Shown: piece by piece, positions 14,001 through 27,749 of the stretch
Position numbering within the stretch: the stretch's first letter is position 1
How the letters are laid out: every line of letters starts with the position of its first letter
Source: the human T2T-CHM13v2.0 reference genome, Homo sapiens
Strand: one strand, 5' to 3'
Assembly (NCBI RefSeq): GCF_009914755.1
Contig: NC_060928.1
DNA length: 64,000 nt
The notes under the pieces: model-generated
What the model was told of the DNA's origin: nothing
The model's input: only the letters and a program-made list of their open reading frames with translations
The model's database searches: none
Translations under genes and position numbers: made by a program

Positions 14001-14752
14001 TCTTCCATTGTGAATGGCTGTATTTACCCAATGCTTCTACCCCCTCCCCCTCCCTCCCTCCCCCCTCCCCCCCCACCCCGTATCTAGGAAGTACCTAACT
14101 TGCTTTTGATTTTACATGCTCATTTGTGGAAGGGACTTGCCTTGTCTCAGATAAGACTATGGACTTGGACTTTTGGGTTAATGCTGAAATGAGTTAAGAC
14201 TTTGGGGAACTGTAGAGAAGGGCATGACTGTGTTTTAAAATGTTAGGATAGGAGATTTGGGAAGGACCAGGGAGGGATTATGTGGTTTGGCTGTGTCCCT
14301 GCCCAAATCTCATCTTGAATTGTAGTTCCCACGTCCCCATGTGTCATAGGAGGGACCTTGTGGGAGGTAATTTAATTGGGGTGGGGGGCGGTTACCCTCA
14401 GAATGTTTTCATGATAGTGCGTGAGTTCTCACAAGATGTGATGGTTTTATAAAGGGCTTTTCCTCCTTTAGCTTGGCACTTCTCCTTTCTGCCACCAAGT
14501 GAAGGACACATTTGCTTCCCCTTCTGCCATGATTGTAAGTTTTCTGAGGCCTCCCCCGCCATGCTAAACTGTGAGTCAATTAAACTTCTTTCCTTTTTAA
14601 ATTACCTAGTCTCATGTATGTCTTTATTAGCAGTGGGAGAATGGATTAATACACATATACTGCAGATTCTTCCGGCCTCTACTCATTACAAAGCTACTTC
14701 CAGATTTTTAAATATTTATTAAAGCAGTACCCCAATTCTTGGTACCAATTTG
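11036..14752 (-). mobile_element. MLT1A/MST-type MaLR internal region, split by a THE1 provirus (12335-14653)
   Basis: 'aaaatacattcattccatc', 'ttccaaaatacaatgatgggacagacatag'; minus-strand ORF 11768-12055 resembles a MaLR gag remnant (EIKYLAEETSKQS); resumes at 14659 and ends in antisense PBS-like 'agcagtaccccaattcttggtaccaattt'. Confidence 0.8.
12335..14653 (+). mobile_element. Complete THE1C/D MaLR provirus (5' LTR 12335-12705, internal 12706-14277, 3' LTR 14278-14653)
   Basis: Two homologous ~370-bp LTRs; PBS-like 'aattggtactgggagtgggg' after the 5' LTR; purine tract before the 3' LTR; THE1-int peptides (LELPKDLLNGFDQNAD, GNWSKGDSCYALAKRL); 5-bp TSD CATGT/CATAT. Confidence 0.95.
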
Positions 14753-15500
14753 TGTATACTCAACCCTTTGTATCTGCAGGTTCCACATCCACAGATTCAA
14801 CCTGCCATGAATTGAAATATTGAAAAAGAATAATAATACAATAATAATAACAAAAATATAAAACAATACAGTTTAACAACTCTATATATAGCATTTTCAT
14901 TGTATTAGGTATCATAAGTAATCTAGAGATGATTTAAAGTATATGGGAGGATGTGCTTAGGTAACTATGCCATTTTATATAAGGAACATGAGCATCTGCA
15001 GATTTAGTATCTGCAGGGTATCCTGGAACCAATTCCCCTTGGATACTGAGAGACAACTATGTTAGGGTTCTCCAGAGAACCTTGGCTTATGCGATCATGG
15101 AGGCCAAGTCCCACAATCTGCTGCCTGAAAGTTAGAGACCCAGAGAAGCCAGCGTTGTAGTTTGAAAGCCTGAAAGCCAGACAGCCAATGGTATAGATTC
15201 CAAAGTCTGATAGCCTGAGAACCAGAAGCACTGAGGGAAGAAGATCAATATCCCAGCTCAAGAAATCGGGCACAGGGAGGGTGAATTCAACTTTCCTCCA
15301 CTTTTTTGTTCTTTTCGGTCCCTCAATGAGTGAGACGATGGTCATCCATATTGGAGAGGACCATTTGCTTTATTCAGTTCACCAATTTAAATGCTAATAT
15401 TTTCCAGAAACACCCTCCTGGACACATCAGAAATAATGTTTCATTAAATTCTAGGCATCTCATGCCCCAGTCAAATTGACACATAAAATTAACCATTATA
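14753..15500 (-). mobile_element. MLT2 (ERVL) LTR, interrupted 4 bp from its end by MER2
   Basis: Reconstructed start TGTA|TTAGGGTTCTCCAGAGA; end 'cccagtcaaattgacacataaaattaaccattata'; internal 'ccagaaacaccctc', 'agaaataatgttt'. Confidence 0.85.
14757..15059 (-). mobile_element. MER2 (TcMar-Tigger) non-autonomous DNA transposon
   Basis: 'tgtattaggtatcataagtaatctagagatgatttaaagtatatgggaggatgtg', 'cctggaaccaattcccc..ggatac'; degenerate terminal inverted repeats; TA/TG flanks. Confidence 0.88.
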
Positions 15501-16529
15501 CTTTTCAACCCACCAATCTATCTCCATTCACATCTATTTTGAATTTAGACCCTCCCACCATCACTGAGTAAGTGAGTAGGCAAACTTTCTCAAGGAACTT
15601 ACTGCATTTTTTCCTCTTATATAATGTTAACAGTACTCTGTTGTTATAATGCCATTGGCATTAATATAAGCTTGGGTTCTCCAACTCTGCTTGTGTTTTT
15701 GCGTGTGAGTGTGTATATGTGTAGTTGAAAAGCAAGGGTGGAATTGAGAAAAGGGCAGCTTAAGAAGGTGTTTGAAGAGCATTCTTTATCTCAGAATTTG
15801 TGATTTTCGTGATAAAATATCTAGAAAAACACAGAAATAGATGGGAGTGCATAATAGACCAAGAAACTAAGATTGACAACTAATCTACTGCCAAAATCTT
15901 AAAGGAATTTCCTCTAATTATAATATTCATGAAGTGGAAATGAGAAACACAATTGTCAGGTGACAGTAATACATACCTTGTCACCTGCAAGAGATCAAAG
16001 CTGCCAATGTGAAGGACAATGCAGAGGCACATCAACACATTTGTCTATGCCTTGGCTCAGGAATACAGAATCTGTGACAACTGCCAACCACGAATTGATT
16101 GCATAGCTACAGCTCTACCAAATAGAACATAGAACACAAATTCTACAGTAGACGTCTGCGTGTGCATACACACACGTACACACAGGCACACCCACACATA
16201 TATATATTGCAGATGTAAAGGATTACAGGCACACATATATTCCACCCCAGATTTCCCAATTTGGACTTGTCCTTCTAAATATGTTCAGATATTAAAAATT
16301 TCAGGAAAGCTATGGACTATAAGGCAGAAAAGGGCACATGACATATTTACATCTTAGAATACAACTCCAGTAGTATGAAGACAGGTGAAGAGAAAAAACC
16401 ATGTAATTGAAACACTAAATTTACCAATATTGTTTCAGGACAAGAAATAACTACTCACTGATTTAGATCATATGTAAATAAATTTTTATATAATAATAAT
16501 AGCAAATATTAAATATGGAACACAAAATG

Positions 16530-16695
16530 GAAAGTAGGTTACATGAATCCTAATCTCACTTATACATCTTACAAGCTATGTGACCTTGAACAATTTACTT
16601 AACATGTTTCTACTTCAATTTCCTCACCTGTAAAATGAGAATAAAAATAGTTGGGAAGATTCTGTCAGTTAGTAGGTTTAAAGTACTTTATGTTT
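16530..16695 (+). mobile_element. MIR SINE
   Basis: 'agctatgtgaccttgaacaatttacttaac...caatttcctcacctgtaaaatgagaataa'. Confidence 0.8.
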
Positions 16696-16777
16696 GATAT
16701 TAATATCAGTCCTGGTGATGATTGATCACAGTGATGTATGTGCTAATATTAATAGCACAGTGATGTATGTGCTATTA

Positions 16778-16925
16778 TGGTATTATCTTGCCCATTTCAC
16801 AGATAGAATAAAGTGAGTCTTGAAGAGGTTCAACTACTCTTTTAATAATTGGTAGAACAAGAATTCTAATGCACCATTTTATGTATAGAGCTAATACTCT
16901 AATTACTATACTATACTGCCTCACA
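16778..16925 (-). mobile_element. MIR SINE
   Basis: 'cccatttcacagat...aagtgagtctt...gaggtt'. Confidence 0.6.
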
Positions 16926-17129
16926 CAGCAAGTTAACAATACTTTAAGAATAGGTAGTCTCTCCTAAGACCAACAGCACATACGATAAATGACTGCTAGA
17001 CACCATAAATGTGGGACCAATCCATGAATATCAACAAATCTTTATGCTTGAGATCAAGAACTGTATTTTAATAGTAGTCTAGGGCTGAGGGGAAGCGACT
17101 GACATAGTCTGTCATCAACCATGCATAGC

Positions 17130-17750
17130 GCTCCTTTGTTTAAAGACGACAACCCTGAAAACAGAAAAAAAAACTGTTTCAGTGAAAATATTCTGTACAT
17201 TAAAAGAAGGAAGGGACAATTAAGATGCAGAAAAATTGCACTTTAAGAAGTTACTAAAGAAAGCAGAAATTGCAGAAATATTCTTTGTAATCTCAAAGGA
17301 ATATGAAAACTATAGTCTGAATGAAGCGATGAAAGATGAGATTATATGAAAATAAGTTGAGATAAGAAGGGAATTGGCTGAGAGGCAGGCAGAAGTAAAA
17401 ATGAAAGTCTGCCATGATAAATAAAGATTATAAGAAGATTAAAAATGCAATAATAGAATAGAAATCTGCATTAAAAGCAATAAAGAACAACATTAATGCT
17501 GTAGAATTAGTGATGATGAGTTTAAGCTCTAGAAACTATAGAAGAAATGCAGAATGAAGAAAAACTCAAAGATGCAAATGTTGATGGTAGGAATAAAGGG
17601 CAGAGAAAGAGAGGTCAGTTATGAGGATACTTGGTTTTTTTTAGAAGCACAAATCACAATGAAAGCAATTATTAAAAATGTTTGAAGAGACGTACATGTA
17701 GCATGTGTTCAGTGAGTTTACAGATCATAAAGGATTACTTAATACATGGA
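17130..17750 (+). mobile_element. Ancient L1M/HAL1 ORF1-like fragment
   Basis: A/G-skewed and coiled-coil-like ('aaaaatgcaataatagaa...gaattagtgat'); very diverged. Confidence 0.35.
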
Positions 17751-18477
17751 ATACACCTGACTGACATTTTAAAAATTGTATTTATAGATCAATGTTACTG
17801 CTAATTACATGATATAATATGCACATTGGGGAAAAATTGAAAAATGTAGACAAGAAAATATTTTTAAATTTTGCCACAATCCCATTATATGGAAATACTA
17901 TTAACTGTATGCTGGATATTACTTCAGACTATACATGAATATTAATTACATTATACAAACTTACAAATGTGCACACAAAACATGCATGATGTTTTGTATA
18001 ATATGTTTAGTCTATAATTGTACTATAGATTTTCTCTTCAAAACCAACATTTTTTCATTAGGGATCAAAATATATTCATGGTTTATAAAATCAAGCAATT
18101 GCAAAATGTTATGAATAAGGGAAAATTTAAAAATCACTCCAAATCTTGTTGACTCAGAAATAAATTCTACCACCATTTTGAAGATCATTCTTTAAGATAT
18201 CTCTCTATGCAAATGGGAACCTATAAATATAGATTAGATGTGAATTTTACTAGAGGTAAAAAGACAGAAATAGTTCGAGATAGAAATAGATATAGACATT
18301 TTTCATAAATGAATCATATAGCCAATGCTCTATTAACAATGCATTTTCACTTAACAAGGTATTGAACATACTTCTGTTAATTAATATAGATTTGTTTTAT
18401 TATATTGATTTCATTCGATTACCTTAAATGGCTATGCCATGATTTATTTAATGCATTCTCTTTTGATGGGCACTCTG

Positions 18478-18635
18478 GTTACATTTAACCTCTCTGAAAC
18501 TTAGTTTTTTCATCTGTATAATGGAAATAAATAGCACTACTCTCAGGTTACTTTAAGAATAAGCTGAGTTAAGTATACAGAAATTACAAAAGTGCATAGT
18601 GCATAGTAAAAGCTATATAAATATTTGATATTTTA
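18478..18635 (+). mobile_element. MIR SINE
   Basis: 'tttaacctctctgaaacttagtttttcatctgtataatgg'. Confidence 0.7.
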
Positions 18636-18758
18636 AATATTATATTTAGATTATATATAACATAATGTTATCTAAACCATAAACAACCATGAATATAACT
18701 ATAATGAAGTAAAAAATCTTATGCATGCTTTTTATAAATTAGTTTGATTTTATTTTAA

Positions 18759-18915
18759 GCAGGACTAGAACCAGGTTTTGGGGTCTGAAAATGCTACTTT
18801 TAAGAAGTAAAATTCAAAATTAAGCACTGAGGTATCTAAGAACTTGGAAGGAAGTCATGCGAATTAGACACTCTAAAGCTTATGCTTTGGTACCTTCATT
18901 GAAAAATATGCCTCA
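18759..18915. mobile_element. Probable hAT-Tip100-group MITE fragment
   Basis: Reverse strand resembles 'CAGGGGCGGATTT...GAAGCT...AAGCTTAAGCTTCAGGG...CCTTCCAAG'; family name uncertain. Confidence 0.35.
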
Positions 18916-19482
18916 TTCTTTTAGAAAACATTTTGAATCCAAGAAGGTGGGGGACCATTTATGGCATAGTGATGTATTTTTAGATAAAACCTAGCACAAC
19001 ACATGTATACTAGATCTTCAATACATACTAATTGTATAGCCTTGGGGGGATTACTGGATCAAATAAAATTTTGCTACAATTGGCAAACTTACTTCCTAAA
19101 ATTTGTACCAAATTTAGCTCCACTCCAATATTCATAAGAATTCCCATTTTATTTGAGTCTTACCAATGCTGGGCATTTTGTTTGGTTCAGTTTTGTTTTG
19201 TTTTGACACACTAAAGTTTTTAAAATATGGATTCACATTTATCATCTTTCTAAAGAATAACCATTAGGTTTCATGTCATGTTTAAAAAGGTCTTCTATGT
19301 TCCAAGAGGATAAAAATAATCACCCACGTTTTCATCTCAATATTTTATAGCATCATTTTTTAGATTTAAATATTTGATCATTCTAGGATGCATTGCGTTA
19401 TAACAAATTACTTATAAATCTAATGTTTTCAATGCTTAGTCAGTTTTTCCTCTGAAATTTTTGATTAATACTGATTTTCCCT

Positions 19483-19530
19483 GATAAATATAGATAAATA
19501 TATAGATAAATATAGATAAATATAGATAAA
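19483..19530. repeat. (GATAAATATA)n short tandem repeat, 5 GATAAA units
   Basis: Read directly from the sequence. Confidence 0.9.
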
Positions 19531-20477
19531 ACATTATCTATATTATATACTGAATTTCAGCATGTAGTTAAATTAATATCTGAAGTCTCCATTTTCTTTT
19601 AATGATCTATCAGGATTTCAACTAAGATTGGTTTGGATTAATAAATTAAGTTAGACAAAAATGTTTTCTTTACAATATTAAGCCATCTTATTCAGAATAA
19701 TATATGTCTCTTCATTTATTGGAATCATCTTTTATGGCCCTCTGTAGACTTTTAGGGTTTCTTCATGTAAATTTTGAAAATTTTGTTAAATTTGTCCCAG
19801 AATCTTTATAATTTTTGTTATTCTTTTTTTATTATTATTTCGAGTTGGCTATTACATGATATGTTAAAAGCCTATGTAAATTATATTTAATTTTGTAGTC
19901 TCCTTAATTAATTTTCTTATCAATATATTTTTCTTAATTTTTATTTATAGATTTTCATTCGAATATTTTGATTTATCTTATTAAGTATACTTTTTTATTT
20001 TTTAGTAATATATAATCACATTATAAAAAAAGAGTATAAAAGATAAATAAGTTTTCCAAATATTCTGACTTGCCAGAAACAATCAATATTTGATGTGTCT
20101 TTATGCATACAAGAACTCATATTTTTAATCTATTTAAACAGACATAATAAGAGTAGAGAGATACATACACACCAAGACATGCTAATATGCTAGTATTAAA
20201 TTAAGAAGGGTTTAATTTCATGTTACCTGAACTTAAATGTAGTCAAGCTAAAGGAATTAATATACTTTAGTTAAAAGGCTTTTTATTTGATTTTTAAATT
20301 AAGAGATATTAAATTCTTTAAATTCTTCTGAGCTTAAGGAAAAAATATTAAAATTACTAAGCTGAAGGCGTGATATATTTAAACACATGTTTAACGTGGA
20401 AACATTTAATTATTCCTTTCTATCAAATGTGAAATATTTAGATTCACACATTTCCTCATACTTCATCCTTCCTCTAA

Positions 20478-20778
<301 letters not shown>

Positions 20779-21823
20779 TTATCACTTTTTACGCATGTAT
20801 TTTGTTTCACATTTTCTAGCATTCAGTTTACGCTCTGGAACCACCATACCCAGTCACTTCATCTTTTTTGTACATTTAAATAGAATTAAGATGATATGAA
20901 TTCTCCCCCATGTTTGAGCTCTTCATTTTAATCCACCTTTTGGTTAGCTTTTAGTATGTTTTTTCCAAGTAGAATATTTGGGTGCTGTCTTCTCTGAGTT
21001 TTTTTCAAGATTATATGTCTTTTGTCCCACATGTCTATTGTTCTGTCTAGTTGAGCATATCGTAGTTGGGCATTGCAATTTTAAGTAACACTTCTTTTCC
21101 CTTGGAATTTTGGAGATGTTATAATAGTTTTCTGAGAAGTCTGAGACCAATATAAATTTTTTACCCTAGAAAGTACACTTGCTTTGTCTATGTGGCTACC
21201 TTAAGAAATCTTTTGTTATGATTTAAATTTAGTACTAAGTCAAGTTGTAGCTAGAAGCATATTTTTGATTCAATTCTTCTAATAGATGGTTTAGAAGAAT
21301 TTTAATTCTTTAAGTATTTTTATTCTTCCATATAAGTTTGAGAATATACTTACTATCTAAAATTTGAGTTATATAATAATTTCTTGGGTAGTTTATAATA
21401 TTAGGCCATTCCACAGATAGAATATAATTACCTACTTAGTAGTCTTGTAAGATCTTTATTATTTCATAGATTAAGAATAGTGTCTGTTTAAATATAGATT
21501 GCATTTTATTTTTTATTTTATTGCAAGTGGATCTTTAGGTTATTTCAGATTGATCTTATAACCGATAAGATTACTTAACTTTATATTTGATAAAGTTGTT
21601 TCCACTTTTTATTTCTTCTGTGTAGATAATCATATTCTTTGCAAATAATGATAGTTTTAGGTCTTACCTTTCAGTCTCTACACCTATTATTTCTTTGTTT
21701 TCTAAGAGATTTTTTCCAGTGCTATGCTTTTAAGAAAAACATAATAATGGGCTTCGTTGACTTAAAGAGAATACATTTAAATTATTCTGTTACATATGTT
21801 TACCGAGTATAGAGAATAGGAGG

Positions 21824-22216
21824 TGTATTGGCCAGATCCTCTCCTCCCAGATTGAAGCTCTAGTTCTCCCAGCTGTTGGCATATTGAAGGCCAACAGCTC
21901 TTATCCAAGTCTGCTCAAGACTTGACTTTAGCTGAAGACAACTTCCTTGCACAAGGTCACGCCTTTTTCTCGGTAGCATCCTTTTATCTAATGATGGATA
22001 GATTTGATTCCCTAAAACCCTGGCCCTCTTGTCCCAAATGGCCTCAACTCTGAATAGCTCATACTAGTTTCCATTCTCTGTACAAAATTGAAGTCTGTCA
22101 CAAATGCATAGCAGTGGGCCGTCTCTTGCCCAGTGCTACTTTGTTTACTTCTTCCAAACCCCAAGTATTGTTCATGTGAGCACGTCCCAGGAAACTTTGA
22201 AAATGTCTGTCTCAGT
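21824..22216 (+). mobile_element. LTR16-like (ERVL) solo LTR
   Basis: 'ttctcccagctgttggc...acagctc...gctgaagacaact...caaggtcacgcc', 'cctggccctcttgtcccaa...caactctgaa', 'tctgtctcagtaggcttccca'. Confidence 0.7.
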
Positions 22217-22899
22217 AGGCTTCCCACCAGTGACATGAAGATAGGAAGGGCTCTTTAATATTTTCGGTTTAGTAGGAATGTTTTAACATGAATGCATGCT
22301 AAAATACATTAAATATATTTCTTCATCTATTGAAATAATTGTATAATTGTTCGCTTATGTTGATGTAATATATCATCATATGGATACTTTCTGATGTTAA
22401 GCCAACTTCACATTCCAGAGATAAACCTAAATTAAGGATCATAATATATTTTATAAAACTTGCTGTATTTACTTACCTTATATATGTATAATATATATAT
22501 GATTAAAATTTAATATATGTTTCTATTAGGTTTTAAAAATATGCATTTATAAGTGAAGTGAGGCTATTATTTTCTTTTTTGTACTTCCCTGAATCAATTT
22601 TATAATAAAAACTATACAAGCTTTAGCAGAAAACATTGGTTATAAGGTTAATCAGCATACACGAGGTTAAATCTATAATAAAAACAATCTCCACATCTCA
22701 ATGTTTTAAACACAGCATTCCATTTTTTTCATGCAAATAAATGAAAAATGAAAAATGCAGCTTTCAACATTTCTCTAACCAAATTGTCTTCCATATAATA
22801 ATTCAATGACCAGGTCTATCTTGATTTTGCAGCTCAAATGTTAGATACTTAAGAAATAACTCCATTACCACTTAGAAAACTTTAGGCATCCCTCTATTA

Positions 22900-23090
22900 T
22901 TTTTCTTTCTCTCTTTTCACATTTCTTAGTGTTCATTATGTTACAGTTTGTCACTATTGTGTGATAATATGATGTTTATCTCTCCTCTAGATTGTAAACT
23001 TCAAGAGTACAAAAAACCCTTTCTCCCTAACCCTTGTCAGAGTGGCTAGCATATGTTAGAAACTAAATAATGTTTGCTTGATGAATAAAG
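22900..23090 (+). mobile_element. L2 3' end
   Basis: 'tctcctctagattgtaaacttcaagag...aaataatgtttgcttgatgaataaa'. Confidence 0.6.
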
Positions 23091-23945
23091 TACACTATTA
23101 AAGTTAACTGTGAATCATCTAAAAAATTTGAATAATTGAAAGATATGTATCTCAACCAGAAGTGTAAAAATTTTGAAGTATAAACTTTATTAATTTATCA
23201 ATTATTAACTTAAAAGAGAGCATCAGCCATTTAATTTATTTATTTAGTTAATTACTTTCTGGATTGTAAAATCCATCAGTAGCACAAACTGAACAAAAAT
23301 AACAAATAATTTTTTTGATAAATAATTGACTAATTGTCCCTTTTAAGGTAATGAGTTATATTAACAAAAGACCACGTCTATGACCGCAGTATAGATATAA
23401 ACACCAATGGGGATAAAAGGAAAGCACGATAAGCTCGTGTCTTCATCACTTAAGCCAATTTAAGAATCAGGGTTTATTTAGTTTTGCCCATCCCAATTTT
23501 TGAAAAAAAAAAAAAAATTAGAATGTCACTGGGTAAAACAGGATCTCCCAATTTTACAATGTATCTATGACCTACTATTTACGAATACATGTCTACTGAA
23601 CCTATTTAAATGACTTCGTTGGGATTCAAGTTTATCACTCTTGCCCTTTTCTAAAGAAATTTAGAAAATAAAAAATGAGCACTGCAATCAGTTAGAAAAT
23701 GAAATATTATTTTGTAAATGTCCCTAGAACATGCTTCAGAAAATGATTTACATTTCATTTTCATTCATTACATTCATTGCATATTATTTCATTCAGGAAA
23801 TAAGGGATTAATGTACTCACTTTATACAAGAACTTACAAACCAAAAAGAAAATGTAAATCAACATTTTGAAAAACTAACGTATATTTTATGGCATGTTCA
23901 CATAGAAGAATATTATATAGCCACTAGAAGTAATGATGTAGAAAA

Positions 23946-24385
<440 letters not shown>

Positions 24386-24554
24386 TCAAAAAAGTTAAAA
24401 AAGTGTGTATTGGATATAATCTTTTCATTAAAGAGGAAGAGCTAGGGAGATAAGGAGAAGAGGGGAGGAGAAAGAACAGGAGGGGGAATATGGAAGAGAA
24501 AGAAGGGGAGAGAAGAGTAGAGGATACAAAGGTGTTAAGAGTAAAAGTTTCAGT

Positions 24555-24775
24555 TCCTTGGTGCCTTGGTGAAAGTCTAGATTTGCCTCTTAACACAGAA
24601 CTTGGATCAAGTTACTGACCTCGGTTTGTCTTAGTTTCCTCATTAGCAAACGGAAATGATAATAATAGTATTTCCTTTACAAGGTTGTTTTGAAGTCCAA
24701 GTAAGTTAGCATATATAACAAATCACTTAGATTTGTGGCTAGGAAACATTTTACATTACAGATTCTAAGCTATTA
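24555..24775 (+). mobile_element. MIR SINE
   Basis: 'caagttactgacctc...cttagtttcctcatt...ataatagtatttcct...aggttgtt'. Confidence 0.65.
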
Positions 24776-24859
24776 TAGGCAATTGTTTCAAAGAAAAAGA
24801 AACTGGAAATACACATTTCAAAGAAGTAGAATCTTGACGTTGTGGAATTATGTTTGCCA

Positions 24860-25060
24860 AACAAGGATTCAGACTCTGAGCCAAGCTGCCTAAGTTGAAA
24901 TCTTGCCTCTGCCTCTCAAGAGCTTTCTGTCTTGGGATAGATTATTTAAACCTTTTATCTCTCAATTGTCACATTTGTCAAGTGGAAAAACAGCAATAAC
25001 TATCTCAGAGAATTAACTGAGCTAATGAATATGAACGGAACACAGTGCTTAGCCCATAGC
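24860..25060 (+). mobile_element. MIR SINE
   Basis: 'agactctgagcca...tgcct...aaatcttgcctctgcc...attatttaaac...ctcaattgtcacatttgt'. Confidence 0.65.
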
Positions 25061-25078
25061 AAGAGCTGCAAGAAAGCT

Positions 25079-25509
<431 letters not shown>

Positions 25510-27387
25510 TTAAGAATTTTAATTGGCTTATGTAATGAGTCTTTCAAAGTTGAAAGGTTTAGCAAAATTCCATCGTGGTGTAAACATTTATATGCTCTTG
25601 GCATTTTTTTGTAAAGGTTTGGCCTATATAACAATTTTTCATTATTGCTTTGTCTCTCCTTCATAATTCATTTTTTTTTTTTTTGCAATTTGGACTTTTC
25701 TTATTGTTAAACTAGTATTTATTCATTTCCTCACTCTTCATTTCTCTGAAGAACCTCGTGCCTCAAAACTTGAAAGACAACAGAGGAAGTGTTGAATACC
25801 TGTTTCTCTATTTTTTAAAGTTTAAGTAAGAAAGTAGACATTCAGACCTGCATCCTCTGTTTAAGATCTATGCGGCATCTGAAAATCATGTATTCTGATC
25901 TCAGGATAATCTCTCTTGCCATGAAAAAGATGTACTTTACATTGAAAACTTGCACTAACCTGTGTGAGCTTTTCATTCTAAGAAAAGTTCTTATTAACAT
26001 CATTGACATAATTCCTAGGTAAACCATAAGGAATCTTTCTTATTTAATCTTGCCTATTTTTGTGGTTGGTACTATCTTGGAATCTGAAATACAACAGTGA
26101 ATAGCTCAAATAAGGTCTCTGTCTTCAAGGAGCTTGCAAATTAATGAGGAAAAGGCAATTATACCAATAGAAAGATGGAGAACACATAGAAACTGATTTT
26201 TTTTTTAATTTTAAATGTCCAACACCCACACATAATTTTAAACTCACAAACAATACATCATTTTAAAAATAAAATATCATCTTTACCTATCCAATTAAAC
26301 TTAGAAAATAATAACAATATGATTTTTGTATAAGAAAATAAATGAAAAAGATATCTAAATATCCAAAAAGAGTGAAATGCTCAAATGAATTATGGTGCAC
26401 TCACACAATGAAAAATTATGCAGTTCTGTTCTCTGAGGGAACATGAGATTAAGTAGTCACAGGATTCTACCCTTTGGGCATATCAATAGTAGCATTAAGA
26501 ATTGGATATCATTTCAGCACATTTAAGACTGAAGCAAGAAATAGATCTTCTCAGTTAGCCACCATGTGTCGCCTGATCCTATTTATAAGGCTCTTGAACA
26601 TTAAATGGCTCTTTGAAAATAGTTTTTTTATACCTTAAGTGCAACTTGAATCAGAAATATACATATTTTGTAGCTATTTGAATCACAGAAATGATTGAGT
26701 TTTTGTCAGTTTAAGAGGGATTATCAACTGTGCATATTATATCTTTGAAATGCCAATGGGCTCTCTTCTTTGGATTTTTACCAGCAGAAGAACACACAGT
26801 ATTGTCAGATATGATTTTGTTTGCATCTCAGCTTTGACCACGCATTACCTTTGCAAATATCTACATTCACTTTAGCATATTTTACTTATCTGTAAAATGG
26901 AGATTACAGTGAATGGTTTTAAAGTATTGAATGGATTCAGATTTATAGAGCATGTAGAACTGTATTTGTGTCACAGTTTACATTGTGAAGATAAGTTTAT
27001 TTCTACCTCTTATTTTTTCCTTTATGGCTTCTGCATACCTGATGGGAAGACCGAAAGATGTTTAGCTTTGGTTGGAAAATTAAATCTTCAAAAAGGAAGA
27101 AAGAAAGATGGAACCTGGGTCGGGGAGGTGGTTGTCTTTTGCAGTAGCAGAGTTAGGCCTGCTTCAACTCTTAGCAACCAGAGAAACTTCACATTATTCA
27201 AGACAGAGCTCAAAGGAGTCCACATAACTGATTAGGGATAAGGAAGTACCTGGTAGCTAATAGGAGTTCCAGGCAAATATAAGGGAACACAGACAATTTT
27301 TGGACCCCAACCATCTGGGTGATCCAGAATCACCACAAAGTCAGACAAGAGATTTGAGTCCAATGTGTCATTTAAGTAGCACATTGA

Positions 27388-27749
27388 TGTCTTAGTCTGT
27401 TTTGGGCTGCTATAACAAAGCATGATAAACTTGGTAACATTTAAATAATGGAAATTATTTCTCACAATTCTGGAATCTAGAAAGTCGAAGATAAAGTCAC
27501 TTCCACATGTGGAATCTGGTGAGGGCCCACTTCCTGATGCATAGACAGCCATTTTCTCATGTCCTCACATGGTGGAAGGGACAAGGTAGCTCTCTGGGGT
27601 CTCTTTTATAAAGGCACTGATCCCATTCATAAGGCTGTATTCTCATCTAATCACCTCCCAAAAAAGTATTCTCTTCTAATAGCATCACATTGTTGATTTG
27701 ATTTCAACATATAACTTTTGTGGGGGACACAAATATTCGAACCATAGCA
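27388..27749 (-). mobile_element. MLT1A0-like solo LTR
   Basis: TGTCTTAGTC...ACCATAGCA termini; 'tctggtgagggcccacttcctg', 'tctcttttataaaggcact'. Confidence 0.9.

Noticed and set aside
12840-14087. Several overlapping 130-190-aa ORFs
   Set aside because: Standard decayed THE1-int frames, not a host gene.
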